DNA of 47,042 bases, taken from NCBI GenBank assembly GCA_051382305.1, contig JBBCAV010000169.1, positions 1 through 47,042 on the forward strand. The letters run 5' to 3'. Position numbers and translations under genes: made by a program. This DNA is from Bdellovibrionota bacterium FG-2. GTDB lineage: Bacteria > Bdellovibrionota > UBA1018. The notes beneath the pieces were generated by a model. The model was not told the DNA's origin. It was given only the letters and a program-made list of their open reading frames with translations, and made no database searches. Below, piece by piece: positions 18,972 to 29,236 of the stretch (positions are counted from its first letter, which is position 1; each line of letters starts with the position of its first letter).

Positions 18972-20176
18972 TTCACCAGTGACGCTGCTGAGCAACTCAC
19001 AATGCGTGGTTCGATAATCTCTGCATCTGAAGCTAGCGGCCGAACGAAAACCACCTTTCCTCCTGGAAAATCCCTAAGGAAACGACTTGCAGAGCGCATC
19101 TGGCCAATATTTGGATCGCCTTCCTCGATGATTACAAAGCCAATCTCCTTGCCGTTTGCCCGAAAAACGAGGGGGATCCATGCTCCGCTTCTGAGACGAT
19201 AGGAAAAGGACTCAAATAGGGTTCCGGAGCGGTAACTGAGCTGCGCGCGCAGATTGCGATAGAGTGCCCCGTAGATTTGGCGCGATATTGATAATGAACG
19301 ATTGGAGAGTATGAGTTCTTCAAGTTGGTCTTCTAATAGAAAAGTGGGCGCCCTTTTTCCCTGTATCGAGATTCTGCGCACTAGAAAAATCGACTCAAGC
19401 CCAAAGAGCAGCTTCTTCTGAGTCACTTCATTGAGTCCCAAAAGGCGCTTGGCTTCAGAATAGTTAAAAGGTTCCCAAGCCTGGGTCGCAATGTAGCGCA
19501 AAAACTTAAGCAATGTTTCAAGGGAGAGGTGGGTTTTGATGACCATCCGCAGGTCGCGATCTAAGATGAGTTTGAGAATTGAATCCAGCAGGTCAATGCG
19601 ATGACGAAGATCACGGGTAAAAGCAAGCCGCGGAAGCCCCCCATGCTCAAGGTACTTCTCCCAGGTGGCTTGTTCTATGCGGCTTGGTTTTGGCAAAGCT
19701 TGCAGCGAGGCGTGATCAAAAGCGTCGGCCTTCATCATAGTTGGGAGTGTGCTGGGAAGTTTGCGCCCCAGCAGTTCCGTAAGGACGAGTGGATAAAGTT
19801 CTAAGCCAACCAAACGTCCCGTCAAGGACTCACGAATCGCTTTACGGCTCGAAAAGCGCACCGAACCGGTCAAAACAAACTGTCCGGGCTTGGGATGCTT
19901 GCGCACCCACTCTTTAAGGGCAGGAAACAAAGGGGGGCACATTTGGCACTCGTCGATAACGATGCGCCGGCTTGCATGCTGAGAGACGAAGGTTTTGGGA
20001 TCAGCAGTGGCCATCAGAAGCTGTTCCTCGTCATCGCAGGTGACGTAGTTCGCAATCTCGTGACTCACGAAGCTCGTCTTGCCGACTTGTCGGTGACCAA
20101 ATACTCCCACCAACGGGCTGAACTGAAGATGGTTCTCAAACAGAGCTAAGGCATGCCTGTGTCGAAAATGGGGCAT
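18968..20176 (-). CDS. AAA_14 family ATPase with degenerate DUF4143 C-terminus
   Basis: GHRQVGKT, IVIDECQ, FVLTGS, ESLTGR, GGLP, RDL; no EVD...EVK nuclease motif. Confidence 0.85.
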   Translation of the reverse strand: MPHFRHRHALALFENHLQFSPLVGVFGHRQVGKTSFVSHEIANYVTCDDEEQLLMATADPKTFVSQHASRRIVIDECQMCPPLFPALKEWVRKHPKPGQFVLTGSVRFSSRKAIRESLTGRLVGLELYPLVLTELLGRKLPSTLPTMMKADAFDHASLQALPKPSRIEQATWEKYLEHGGLPRLAFTRDLRHRIDLLDSILKLILDRDLRMVIKTHLSLETLLKFLRYIATQAWEPFNYSEAKRLLGLNEVTQKKLLFGLESIFLVRRISIQGKRAPTFLLEDQLEELILSNRSLSISRQIYGALYRNLRAQLSYRSGTLFESFSYRLRSGAWIPLVFRANGKEIGFVIIEEGDPNIGQMRSASRFLRDFPGGKVVFVRPLASDAEIIEPRIVSCSAASLVN

Positions 20177-20183
20177 ATTTGAA

Positions 20184-20253
20184 AGGATATCGAAAAAGGC
20201 CGTGACTGTCAAATTGCTTATCAGATCATGAATTTTACAGTGACTGCCAAATT
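20184..20253 (-). promoter_or_regulatory. Leaderless sigma70 promoter with repeated operator motif
   Basis: TTGACA (20212-20207)-17nt-TATCCT (20189-20184), 7 nt before the ATG; GTGACTGYCAAATT at 20202 and 20240, plus an inverted copy at 20231. Confidence 0.7.
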
Positions 20254-20886
20254 ACGTAACGCACTCATCATCTCTTCCGTAATCTCATGCCCGCTCTCAG
20301 GCAGTTCTACAAACTCCCCCTGGACTCCGCGCGCCTTGAGTCGTGCATGGCGCTCGCGCGCAATCTTGGGGTTAACGATTTCGTCTTTAGCTCCGTGGAT
20401 CGAATCAATTCGAAACTCTAACGGGCCCGCAAGCTCATCATCTAGAACTTCAGCGTTTAGCGCGATCAATCGAGTAACGCCGCTCAACTTTTGTCCAACA
20501 AATGGAGCAAGATAACCGCCCTGCGAATAGCCTATGAGGGTTTTTGGCAGAGACTCAAATCCGAGAGCAGCGATCGCATTTATAACGAAATCAATAGACG
20601 TCTTCATGTCGATGACAAGCTCATCGGTCTTTGGATTATAAAAGTACCACGAGTAGCCAAGCTTCAGCCCCTCCTCACTTTTTCTGGGAATAGGAAAAGG
20701 ACCATTAAGAGCCAATACCTCGGCGTCCTTTGGAAGCGCGGACTCCAGTTGGCGCGCGATATATTTTCCAGACTGCATATAGCCGTGCAAAAGAATGAAG
20801 AGGTGAGAAGGGTTTTCTGTTCCCCTAAAAAAAGTGTCACAGGTGAGTGGAGATTGCACCGTAAGGCGTTTGGATTGCGTGATCAT
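20221..20886 (-). CDS. Alpha/beta hydrolase (phospholipase/carboxylesterase)
   Basis: LLHGY, GYSQGG nucleophile elbow, HGAKD, GHE. Confidence 0.88.
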   Translation of the reverse strand: MITQSKRLTVQSPLTCDTFFRGTENPSHLFILLHGYMQSGKYIARQLESALPKDAEVLALNGPFPIPRKSEEGLKLGYSWYFYNPKTDELVIDMKTSIDFVINAIAALGFESLPKTLIGYSQGGYLAPFVGQKLSGVTRLIALNAEVLDDELAGPLEFRIDSIHGAKDEIVNPKIARERHARLKARGVQGEFVELPESGHEITEEMMSALRNLAVTVKFMI

Positions 20887-21818
20887 TTTGCGTTTCTCAA
20901 GTTCCTTTGGAATTCAGGCCATTTTACTCGATTGAGCGAAGAGTGTTTCACTCGTTCCTTATACTCGGTTTCCGTGAGTGCGCCAAGCGCGTCCCAATCC
21001 AAGGGTAAAATAAAATCATCGCCCTCCTCAAATTCGACGCCAAGGTCCCGTTTTGCCTTCTTCTGATTAAACGGACAAACCTCTTGGCAAATGTCACAAC
21101 CCGCAACCCAGCCTTGAGATGACCTCGTTAGAGAAGTGTGCTCTCCGCGCTTCTCAAGAGTCTGTCCGCTGATACATCTGCGCGAATCAAGCATTCCAGA
21201 TTCCGTAAAGGCCTGCGTCGGGCAAGCCTCGAGACACCGAGTGCAGTGGCCACACAAAGAAACCTGCGGCCGCTCCTTTTGGCCTAATTTCTGATTCAAA
21301 AAAACGACGCCAATCAAAAAATAGCTGCCAATCTCTCGATTTAGGAGCATCGAATTCTTCCCGATCCAACCTAAGCCAGAAATGGTGGCCCAAGATCGCT
21401 CAAGGACCGCACCTGTATCGATACAGGTCTTCCATTTCAAAACTCCACTCAGCCTGCCTGTGTGGCGCGCCTTTTCCAACACACGCTCAAGAATCTTCGC
21501 CATCTCCTCGTGATAATCCCCACCTCGCATATATCGCGCAAAGCGCGGCCCTTCATTGGGCGCACCCAATGGCTTCGCCGAATAACTCATTGCCACACAA
21601 AAGACGCTTTGTGCCACTGGAAATGCTGCCCTAGGTTCCGCGCGGCGGTCCCGCCCGCGCACGAGATAATGCATTTCATCCGCATGACCTTGCTCAAGCC
21701 AGGAATCAAATCGCGCAAGATGCTCCTTAAAAGACGGCGCTTGGTCTAAGTCGACCCCGCCTGCGGCCGAGAAACCCTCTTCAAGACTAAGGCGGGTGAG
21801 TAAATCATGCAGTGGCAT
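20883..21818 (-). CDS. queG: Epoxyqueuosine reductase
   Basis: ARY..G.DYH, DTGAVLER, GLGWIGKN, CGHCTRCLEACPT, GCDICQEVCPFN. Confidence 0.92.
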   Translation of the reverse strand: MPLHDLLTRLSLEEGFSAAGGVDLDQAPSFKEHLARFDSWLEQGHADEMHYLVRGRDRRAEPRAAFPVAQSVFCVAMSYSAKPLGAPNEGPRFARYMRGGDYHEEMAKILERVLEKARHTGRLSGVLKWKTCIDTGAVLERSWATISGLGWIGKNSMLLNREIGSYFLIGVVFLNQKLGQKERPQVSLCGHCTRCLEACPTQAFTESGMLDSRRCISGQTLEKRGEHTSLTRSSQGWVAGCDICQEVCPFNQKKAKRDLGVEFEEGDDFILPLDWDALGALTETEYKERVKHSSLNRVKWPEFQRNLRNAK

Positions 21819-23202
21819 CAGCAAGAACTTTGATAAACCGACCAATCAAATCATGAGGGAGTGCTTCAGTAATCTCGACTTCGACAAAAGTACCAGCGCG
21901 AAGCTGAGCGGTGTCGCAATCGCCCACGTCGTTAATCAATACATGACCATCAATCTCTTGCGCCTGACCAAAGAAACGACCTTGAAGCAGTAGGTCGGTT
22001 TCTTCACTCTGTCCTTCAAGCAAGACCTTCAGCCGTGCTTTGAGATACTGTTTTTGCTTCGCGAGTGATCGATCCTGAAAAAGCTGTGTGAGTCTTTTCT
22101 CTCGTTTCCATTTCGTTGCGGAGTGCACTTGCTCCGACATCTCCGCAGCCTTCGTGCCTTCTTCTTGCGAATAGCGAAACACGCCGACTCGGTCCAAATT
22201 CAGGGTCGTCAAATCGTCGCAAAGTTCTTCAAACTCTCTCTCTGTTTCCGAGGGAAAACCCACAATAATTGAAGTTCTCAAAACCAGCTCGGGAACGCGC
22301 GCGCGTAGCTTTTCGACTACCTCGAATAGACGCTTCTTGGTGAGGCGGCGATTCATGAGTTTAAGCACGCGATCGTTCGTGTGCTGAATGGGCATGTCGA
22401 GATACTTCACAATCTTGGGTTCGCGCGCGAAGATCTCAATGAGTTCGTCCGAAAATTCATCCGGATAAACGTAGTGCAGCCGAATCCACTCGAGGCCTTC
22501 AATTTTACATAATTCGGGCAATAACAGTTCTAGTCGCTCTTGATAGCGTCCTTCCATTCCGTATTCGGTGAGATCTTGCGCGACGAGGTTAAGTTCGCGC
22601 ACCCCGCTCTTCGCCAAGTGCGCGGCTTCTTCAACTAAAGATGCGATGCCGCGTGAGCGCACGTTGCCTCGGAGCGTAGGAATAATGCAAAACGAACAGC
22701 GGCGATTGCAACCCTCAGAAATTTTCAAAAAGGCCGTGTAAGAAGGCCCCGTTTGAACGCGGGGGTCTTTTTCAGAATGAATAAAGGCCGGCTGCCCTAC
22801 ATAAGTGCGCTTGGGTAGCGGATCGCCCTCTTTGCGCACTCGCGTGCGGTCGTTGAGGATTTCAGTGATCCGATGGTACTGGCCCGTGCCAATGAACAGA
22901 TCCACCTCGGGCATTTCTTTTTCAAGTTGTGCCGAGTAGCGCTGAGGAAGGCATCCTGCCGTGACGAGGACCTTACACGCGCCGGTCGTTTTGTAGTCCG
23001 CCATTTCTAAAATGGTTTCGATGGACTCTTCTTTAGAGGCATCCACGAATGAGCAGGTGTTCACAATAATCACTTCGGCCTCTGCCGGATCCTGAGTAAT
23101 GCTGTAGCGGTCTTTTGCCAGTATGCCCAACATGACCTGGGAGTCGACCAAGTTCTTGGGGCAACCCAGGCTTACAAAATATACGGGGGATTTTGCGGTC
23201 AT
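21805..23202 (-). CDS. rimO: Ribosomal protein S12 methylthiotransferase
   Basis: SLGCPKNLVDS, NTCSF, KISEGCNRRCSFCIIP radical SAM motif, C-terminal TRAM domain (EIDG). Confidence 0.95.
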   Translation of the reverse strand: MTAKSPVYFVSLGCPKNLVDSQVMLGILAKDRYSITQDPAEAEVIIVNTCSFVDASKEESIETILEMADYKTTGACKVLVTAGCLPQRYSAQLEKEMPEVDLFIGTGQYHRITEILNDRTRVRKEGDPLPKRTYVGQPAFIHSEKDPRVQTGPSYTAFLKISEGCNRRCSFCIIPTLRGNVRSRGIASLVEEAAHLAKSGVRELNLVAQDLTEYGMEGRYQERLELLLPELCKIEGLEWIRLHYVYPDEFSDELIEIFAREPKIVKYLDMPIQHTNDRVLKLMNRRLTKKRLFEVVEKLRARVPELVLRTSIIVGFPSETEREFEELCDDLTTLNLDRVGVFRYSQEEGTKAAEMSEQVHSATKWKREKRLTQLFQDRSLAKQKQYLKARLKVLLEGQSEETDLLLQGRFFGQAQEIDGHVLINDVGDCDTAQLRAGTFVEVEITEALPHDLIGRFIKVLADATA

Positions 23203-23209
23203 GAAAACT

Positions 23210-23707
23210 CTATTCTCGGAAATTTCCAAATTGCATCGGCACTTTGAGTTGCGCCGTACGCTCTTTGAGGTAGGCAATCGCAGATTGAAGGTCGTCGCGG
23301 TTTTTTGCCGTGACCCGGACCTGCTCATCTTGCATCTGGGCTTGGACTTTAAGTTTGGATTCCTTTAAAGACGCGATGATCTCCTTGCCTTTCTCCTTGG
23401 AAACGCCGGCTTGAATTTTGATCAGTTGTCGGATGCTCCCGCCAAAGGCTGATTCAGTGGTTTGATAATCAAAAGACAGTAAAGAAATTCCCCGCTTGAT
23501 GGCTTTCGTTTGAAACATGTCATTCAATGCTTCCAGCTTGTCTTCGTTACTGCACCACATCGTTAGAGTCTTGGCCTTGAGGTCGAGTTTGAGTTCGGAT
23601 TTCACACCTTTAAAATCATAGCGCTGCCCCGCCTCTTTGAGCGCCTGGTTAACGGCGTTGTCGAGTTCTTGCCAATCGATTTCAGAGGATACGTCAAATG
23701 AGGGCAT
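23210..23707 (-). CDS. yajQ: YajQ family cyclic di-GMP-binding protein
   Basis: MPSFDVSSE...ELDNAVNQ...RYDFKG...RDDLQ...QFGNFRE. Confidence 0.95.
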   Translation of the reverse strand: MPSFDVSSEIDWQELDNAVNQALKEAGQRYDFKGVKSELKLDLKAKTLTMWCSNEDKLEALNDMFQTKAIKRGISLLSFDYQTTESAFGGSIRQLIKIQAGVSKEKGKEIIASLKESKLKVQAQMQDEQVRVTAKNRDDLQSAIAYLKERTAQLKVPMQFGNFRE

Positions 23708-23830
23708 CGCGGAATCTCCTTTGGATGACGCAAAGCTATATAGAATTAGTCGGATAAGTTCAACTTCAAAATTCTTGGAATTTTATGGAAAATTTTGCGT
23801 TTCCGCCCAAAAAAGCCTAGATCAAATAGG

Positions 23831-24763
23831 ATGCAAGACCTTGTTCAAAGAATGCTCTCTGGCGAGCGGCTGGCCTTGGCCCGGTTGATTTCGAAGGTCG
23901 AAAACCGCGATTCTGAGCTCCCAAAGTACATGGCAGCACTCTACCCCCACACAGGCAGAGCGCAAGTTTGGGGGATCACGGGACCTCCAGGCGCGGGGAA
24001 ATCCACTCTAGTCGATCGGTTGGCCGTATCTTTGCGCCAACAAGGAAAACGGGTTGCCATCGTTGCCGTCGATCCATCAAGCCCTTTTTCGGGGGGGGCG
24101 ATTTTGGGCGACAGGATTCGAATGCAGCAGCATTCCAGCGATGATGGCGTCTTCATTCGCTCACTAGGCACTCGTGGAAAACACGGGGGCCTCTCGCATG
24201 CGACCAAAGAAGTCGTTCTTGTACTTGATGCCGCAGGCTTTGACGTGGTCCTCGTGGAAACGGCAGGAGTGGGCCAAACCGAGCTCGATATCTTAAGACT
24301 TGCTCAAACTGTTTTAGTGGTTTTGGTTCCTGAGAGTGGCGATTCGATTCAGGTCATGAAGGCGGGTCTAATGGAGATCGCTCATGTGTTTGCGGTCAAC
24401 AAGAGTGATCGCCCTGAAGCTGATCAGCTCATGCGCGAACTTGTGATGATGGTTGGAATGAATAAACACGATGAGAAGTCGTGGATGATCCCGGTTCATA
24501 AAACACAAGCGACAAGGGATTTGGGCGTGAGTGAAGTGATTGCCGCAATTCAAGGCCATCAGCAGTATTTGACTGATTCGGGAGAGCGTGTCGTGAAGGC
24601 CTCGGAGTTCCTAAAAAATGAAGTCGTCGAAATTCTCTCCGAGCGGCTTGATCGCAGTGTGATGGTGGCTTTCGACACCCGGTCAGGAAAAGAAGTTTTG
24701 GAGCAGGTCTTGAGTCGTAAACTGGATCCCTATGCGGCGGCGGATTTGATTTCGGGGGTTTAG
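23831..24763 (+). CDS. meaB: Methylmalonyl-CoA mutase-associated GTPase
   Basis: [57 protein letters not shown]. Confidence 0.93.
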   Translation: MQDLVQRMLSGERLALARLISKVENRDSELPKYMAALYPHTGRAQVWGITGPPGAGKSTLVDRLAVSLRQQGKRVAIVAVDPSSPFSGGAILGDRIRMQQHSSDDGVFIRSLGTRGKHGGLSHATKEVVLVLDAAGFDVVLVETAGVGQTELDILRLAQTVLVVLVPESGDSIQVMKAGLMEIAHVFAVNKSDRPEADQLMRELVMMVGMNKHDEKSWMIPVHKTQATRDLGVSEVIAAIQGHQQYLTDSGERVVKASEFLKNEVVEILSERLDRSVMVAFDTRSGKEVLEQVLSRKLDPYAAADLISGV

Positions 24764-25233
24764 GGCGATTCCAGCACAAACGTCACCGGCCCATCGTTAA
24801 CCAAGCTCACTTTCATATCCGCCTGAAAAATCCCGCCCTGGGTGGAGATCCCCCACTGGGCACTGAGCTCGATGGCTTTTTCATAAAGTGCTTTCGCCTT
24901 CACCGGTTCCTCAGCCGAGGTAAACGAAGGTCGCCTGCCGCTGGTGCAATCTGCTGCAAGCGTGAACTGCGAGACAATCAAGTGTGCATGGCTCCCAGGA
25001 GGTAAAGAGAGGTCAAGCAGTGAGCGGTTCATTTTTCCCGCATCATCTTCGAATATCCGAAGTTCACAAATTTTGCGTAAGAGTTTTTCAAGCTGCGCTT
25101 CGGTGTCTCCTCGGGCAACTCCCAAAAGAGTGAGTAACCCAGGGCCGATTTCTGCCACCCTTTTTCCATCGATCTCCACTGAGGCAGTTTTTACTCTCTG
25201 AATTACGGCTCGCATCTTTTTTGTGTTTGCCAT
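24760..25233 (-). CDS. dtd: D-aminoacyl-tRNA deacylase
   Basis: [25 protein letters not shown]. Confidence 0.95.
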   Translation of the reverse strand: MANTKKMRAVIQRVKTASVEIDGKRVAEIGPGLLTLLGVARGDTEAQLEKLLRKICELRIFEDDAGKMNRSLLDLSLPPGSHAHLIVSQFTLAADCTSGRRPSFTSAEEPVKAKALYEKAIELSAQWGISTQGGIFQADMKVSLVNDGPVTFVLESP

Positions 25234-25266
25234 GGAGCGCCCGTGAAGTCTATCTTTTGCATTCAG

Positions 25267-26004
25267 ATGATTTTATTATTTTTCTCAGGACTTCTGGCCG
25301 GAGTTATCGATTCGATTGCAGGGGGGGGCGGTCTAATCACGCTCCCTTCGCTTACGCTTATTTTAGGACCCGGTCCTCATGCGATTGGCACGAATAAGAT
25401 CGTGGGAACGGTCGCGGCCCTCGTTGCACTGTTGGTTTACCGTCGAGCGGGGCATTTTGATCTTAAGAAAAGTTTGTTTTTTGCAATCTCAGTGGGAGTG
25501 GGCTCCTTTGTGGGGAGCCGAACGGCGATTCTCTTGCCGCTTTGGGTTTTTCGGTGGTTTCTCTTGGTTTCTTGTCCCGTTGTACTGTGGGTTGTTTGGC
25601 GCAAGGATTTGTGGCTGGCTTGGCAAGGTTCCTCTGTTTTCATTAAGCTATCGCAGCCCAAGATTGCGGCCGTTGGGGTTTTGTGTGGTTTTTACGATGG
25701 AGTCTGGGGTCCGGGGGGCGGGACGTTCATGTTTTTGGCGCTTGTTTTTGTTGCCGATCTCCCTTTGTTGACTGGGTTGGCGGCGGCAAAGCTCGCGAAC
25801 ACGCTTTCGGCGAGCTCGGCATTGTTTGGGTACGCTCTTGGAGGTTATGTTCATTGGGGGACGTCTGTGCCAATGGTGCTTGGGATTTCATTGGGGGCAT
25901 TCGTTGGCGCAAAGCTAGCCGTTCGCAGAGCGTCAGTAATCATGCGCCCGATCTTGGTTGTGGTTGTCGTTCTGCTATTAATCCGAGTTTTTCAGGCAAA
26001 TTAG
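25267..26004 (+). CDS. TSUP/TauE (YfcA-like) membrane transporter
   Basis: [37 protein letters not shown]; start could instead be 25243. Confidence 0.9.
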   Translation: MILLFFSGLLAGVIDSIAGGGGLITLPSLTLILGPGPHAIGTNKIVGTVAALVALLVYRRAGHFDLKKSLFFAISVGVGSFVGSRTAILLPLWVFRWFLLVSCPVVLWVVWRKDLWLAWQGSSVFIKLSQPKIAAVGVLCGFYDGVWGPGGGTFMFLALVFVADLPLLTGLAAAKLANTLSASSALFGYALGGYVHWGTSVPMVLGISLGAFVGAKLAVRRASVIMRPILVVVVVLLLIRVFQAN

Positions 26005-26042
26005 CTTTGAGGATTGTGGAATTCGTTTTAGATTTAAGACGT

Positions 26043-27398
26043 ATGAGATGGATGCGATGTGCCGCTTTTGCAGTCTTACTTGGAGTCGGAACTATTGCCA
26101 CGAACGGTTACAGCGCCGATGCCTCACCCGCGACCGCTGAAGAAGAAACAAATCGTGAAGTGGCTCGGACTTATTCTGCCTTCTATCTTGGCCAAAAGGA
26201 TCTCTCGTCTTCAATTAAGGTGTTGACCCAACATTTGAAGATCGATCCGAAGGATACAGGTGCATGGCACCTTCTGGGTCTAACATTGCTCGAGAGTCAG
26301 GAATTCGCAAAAGCGAGTCAGGCCTTTTATCAGGCCTTGGTGACCGGCTCTGAGGCGGGCCGTGGCCTTTATTTGTATTACTATGCCGACGCCCTTAATC
26401 GTTCTGGGGATATCACCAAGGCGAAGGCCGTCTTGGAGCGCGCGCTGAAGGAAAGTGATGTTTCCGATGTTGTGAAGGAGGCGCTTGCGCAGGTGAAGCC
26501 GCGTGTGCCGCTGCCGCCGATTCGTTTCGCAAAACCCAGCAACTGGAAAGCGAGTCTGACCATTATCGGGGGCTATGATACTAACGTATTATTAATTTCC
26601 GATTCTGCAATTGCGACGATTTTGCGATCGGATACGGCAAGTCCCAATGGGACCGTCGTTGGGCAGGTTGTGCATACCAAGGAACTTTCGTCGGGACAGT
26701 TGCAGTCTCGTGGGAGCGCGGGCGCCAATTTGAATACGGCGGCCGCTGCGAAAACGTACAATACGATTTTTTCATCTCTGGGTTTGGATTGGGGAAATGG
26801 TGAGGAAGAGTTCAAGTCATTTGACCAGTCAATGGGCGATGCATTTGACATCAACTGGCTGAATTCGAGTGGTTACAAATTCTTTAGCTGGACCGATACC
26901 TTGAAGTGGAAGGGGGCGTTTCATCACGGATCTTCTGCGGATACGGAAATCGAAATGCCAGTCTACTATACAAAAAGCGCTTTGGATGCATCAGACGATC
27001 CTGCCAATGATCGAAGTGGTCTGGGGATTCGTCCTGGTTTACTCTATCGCCGATATTTTGGTTTTGGCGTGGTTTCTCTGGGCGCTCGTTTTGAGAAGCT
27101 TTTTGCCAAGGGCACGAATTATAAATCCACGACCTATGCGTTTCCGTTTACTTGGTCTCGAAGCTTGTTCTTGGGTTTTTTCGGGACCCTGGGCCTTGAG
27201 GGTGCGCGCGTGAAATATCCTGAATCTTCGACTTTGCGCGAGGACAGTTACATGAAAGCCTCAGGGTCGCTTGCGCGGCGCGTGTCCAAGAAACTTGTGG
27301 GTTCGCTTGATTATGGGTTCACGCGGAATATTTCAAACGTCGAGACCGCTCGTTACAATAAACATTCTTTTTCGTTTATGGTGAACTATGAATTCTAA
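26043..27398 (+). CDS. TPR + outer-membrane beta-barrel protein (DUF560/Slam-like)
   Basis: Signal peptide, TPR helices (DPKDTGAWHLLG), GYDTNV barrel start, amphipathic strands and terminal YEF. Confidence 0.7.
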   Translation: MRWMRCAAFAVLLGVGTIATNGYSADASPATAEEETNREVARTYSAFYLGQKDLSSSIKVLTQHLKIDPKDTGAWHLLGLTLLESQEFAKASQAFYQALVTGSEAGRGLYLYYYADALNRSGDITKAKAVLERALKESDVSDVVKEALAQVKPRVPLPPIRFAKPSNWKASLTIIGGYDTNVLLISDSAIATILRSDTASPNGTVVGQVVHTKELSSGQLQSRGSAGANLNTAAAAKTYNTIFSSLGLDWGNGEEEFKSFDQSMGDAFDINWLNSSGYKFFSWTDTLKWKGAFHHGSSADTEIEMPVYYTKSALDASDDPANDRSGLGIRPGLLYRRYFGFGVVSLGARFEKLFAKGTNYKSTTYAFPFTWSRSLFLGFFGTLGLEGARVKYPESSTLREDSYMKASGSLARRVSKKLVGSLDYGFTRNISNVETARYNKHSFSFMVNYEF

Positions 27399-28383
27399 GT
27401 CACCCTTAGGCTGCGTCGTTTTGTGCATGATGGCTTTATCGGGCCCCGTCTTAGCTGCCGAACCTGCGGGTCGTTTGACTAACATCAAGGGGGTGGTTCT
27501 TGTGAATCGATCCCCGGCTGCCGAGGGACAGACGCTTGGTCTCGGCAATGTTGTTGAGACGAAACAAGGAAAATGTACTGTTCTTATTGGTTCTGAGACC
27601 GTGATGCATCTCGATGTTGAAAGTCGAATTAAGATTACAGAGCATATGGTTCAGGAGGGGGGGGCAAAAGAGAAGTCCTCCGTCGAGCTTGATTTTGGTC
27701 GTACTCGGGCTCTACTTCGAAATAAGGGCCCGGTTCAGAAAAGTTTCAACATCAAATCTCGCAATGCCGTGATGGGGGTCCGGGGTACGCATATCTACAT
27801 CGATAGCCCACGAGACATCAAAGTGCCCCAGAGCTTTCTTACGATTGAGGGCGCCGCAGAGCTTTCTTTCTCAGCGCCCAAGACGCCTAAAACGCAAAGT
27901 GCTGGCGGACCCCCCGTCGGTGCAGCCCCTCCGCAAGAGCCTGCTATTCGGGCGATTGTTTTGAAGAAGAACGAGTTCTTTCAAGCAAACGAAGGCGTCG
28001 ATATTAAGCAGGTTCAGATTACACAGCTCCCCCCTTCAACGATTAAGCAAATGGTGGATCAAGTTGCGCTACCTCCTCGAGAAATCAAGAGTGCTGAAGA
28101 AGTGCATCAAAAGGGCGAACAAAAAACTGACCCCAAAAATGATCCCAAAAATGATCCCAAAAATGATCCAAAGAACGGCAAAGGACCCGGACCTGCTGGG
28201 CCAGACGAAAATCGCACCTCCGATGAAGGCTTCAAGCCTGGGCGTCCTGACAAGCCAGAGACCGCGCTTCCTAAGATGCCTGCTCTTGTTCCCGTGAAGT
28301 TTGATCCTGTTGCTAATGGCGGAGGCAATCCCATTAAGACAAAGGTGAAGGTTACAATCCAGATTCAGAAACCGAAGCAGTAG
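27388..28383 (+). CDS. Secreted FecR-domain protein with Pro-rich tail
   Basis: Signal peptide; G.V.VNR, L.FG..RA, NAVMGVRGT, EG motifs. Confidence 0.85.
   Translation: MNSKSPLGCVVLCMMALSGPVLAAEPAGRLTNIKGVVLVNRSPAAEGQTLGLGNVVETKQGKCTVLIGSETVMHLDVESRIKITEHMVQEGGAKEKSSVELDFGRTRALLRNKGPVQKSFNIKSRNAVMGVRGTHIYIDSPRDIKVPQSFLTIEGAAELSFSAPKTPKTQSAGGPPVGAAPPQEPAIRAIVLKKNEFFQANEGVDIKQVQITQLPPSTIKQMVDQVALPPREIKSAEEVHQKGEQKTDPKNDPKNDPKNDPKNGKGPGPAGPDENRTSDEGFKPGRPDKPETALPKMPALVPVKFDPVANGGGNPIKTKVKVTIQIQKPKQ
28129..28176 (+). repeat. 12-bp coding tandem repeat x4 (DPKN)
   Basis: GACCCCAAAAAT GATCCCAAAAAT GATCCCAAAAAT GATCCAAAGAAC. Confidence 0.9.
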
Positions 28384-29236
28384 CAGCTACTTTTTGGAAT
28401 CTGTTTCGGATGAAAATGGGGTCTCTCATTTTTTGAGGCACCGGATACTCGGTAAATCCACAAGAGTTGCGAGCTTCCCGCAAGGGGCGGGCCTCATGTC
28501 GCCAAAAAGATCTGAGGGTTTTGAGATGCTCCTCAACAAGGCGACTTTGGCTGCGCGCGGTGGCTTTCTCAAGTAATTGAAGCGTAAGTGCTTCAAGGGC
28601 CTTGGGTGATTCCCCCGAAAAAAACTGATCCCAGGGCTGAATTTCTGCATTCGAGATCTGACGAAAACAGGTGACCAATGAATAGCGTGGCATTTTTTGT
28701 CGCCAATGTTTACCAAAAACCGAGCGGGTGGGCAGTCGGTAACCTAAGTAAGACAGGAGCTTTGAAAGCGCGAAGAACGCTTCTAAAGTGGTACTGCGGG
28801 AGCGAAAGGATCCATGGAATCCGAGACAAACCGTCGCACTGAGTGAAGCGTTTAGGTCCTCCGGTCGGGTGGAGTAGCAAAGCCAAAAACGGTCTCCGTC
28901 ATGGGCGATACCGATTTGAGGGTAGAGGAACGAGAAAGCGCCGGCCGTGTTCCATTTGGGGCGAAGAGATTGTATGAGGGACGTCTCACGCAGACAGGCC
29001 ATCTCGTGAGTATCGCAAACTTCAAATTTAAGTGAGGCAGCTCCCGCGAGAATCGCTCTCATTTTTGCGTGTTTTTTCCTTCTTTTTGCGTTTTTGTATT
29101 GCCCCAGGCGCCGGTGTAGGTTCTTGGACTGCCCGACATAGATCGTCTTGCCCTCTGATACAAACAGATAGATGCCCGGTTTCGAGGGGACTTGATCCAG
29201 AAAGTCCTTGCCGAACTTCCGGTCAAAAAGGTTCAT
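28352..29236 (-). CDS. GIY-YIG nuclease (UvrC/Cho N-terminal-like)
   Basis: PSKPGIYLF...IYVGQSKNLHRRL...E..LIQSLRPKWN; ATG overlaps the upstream stop. Confidence 0.85.
   Translation of the reverse strand: MNLFDRKFGKDFLDQVPSKPGIYLFVSEGKTIYVGQSKNLHRRLGQYKNAKRRKKHAKMRAILAGAASLKFEVCDTHEMACLRETSLIQSLRPKWNTAGAFSFLYPQIGIAHDGDRFWLCYSTRPEDLNASLSATVCLGFHGSFRSRSTTLEAFFALSKLLSYLGYRLPTRSVFGKHWRQKMPRYSLVTCFRQISNAEIQPWDQFFSGESPKALEALTLQLLEKATARSQSRLVEEHLKTLRSFWRHEARPLREARNSCGFTEYPVPQKMRDPIFIRNRFQKVAATASVSESGL

Noticed and set aside
25683-26042. N-terminal extension of the 571-aa ORF (likewise the extensions at 7860, 12293, 23328, 29323 and 33871)
   Set aside because: These overlap neighbouring real genes or leaders; signal peptides or family N-termini begin at downstream starts.
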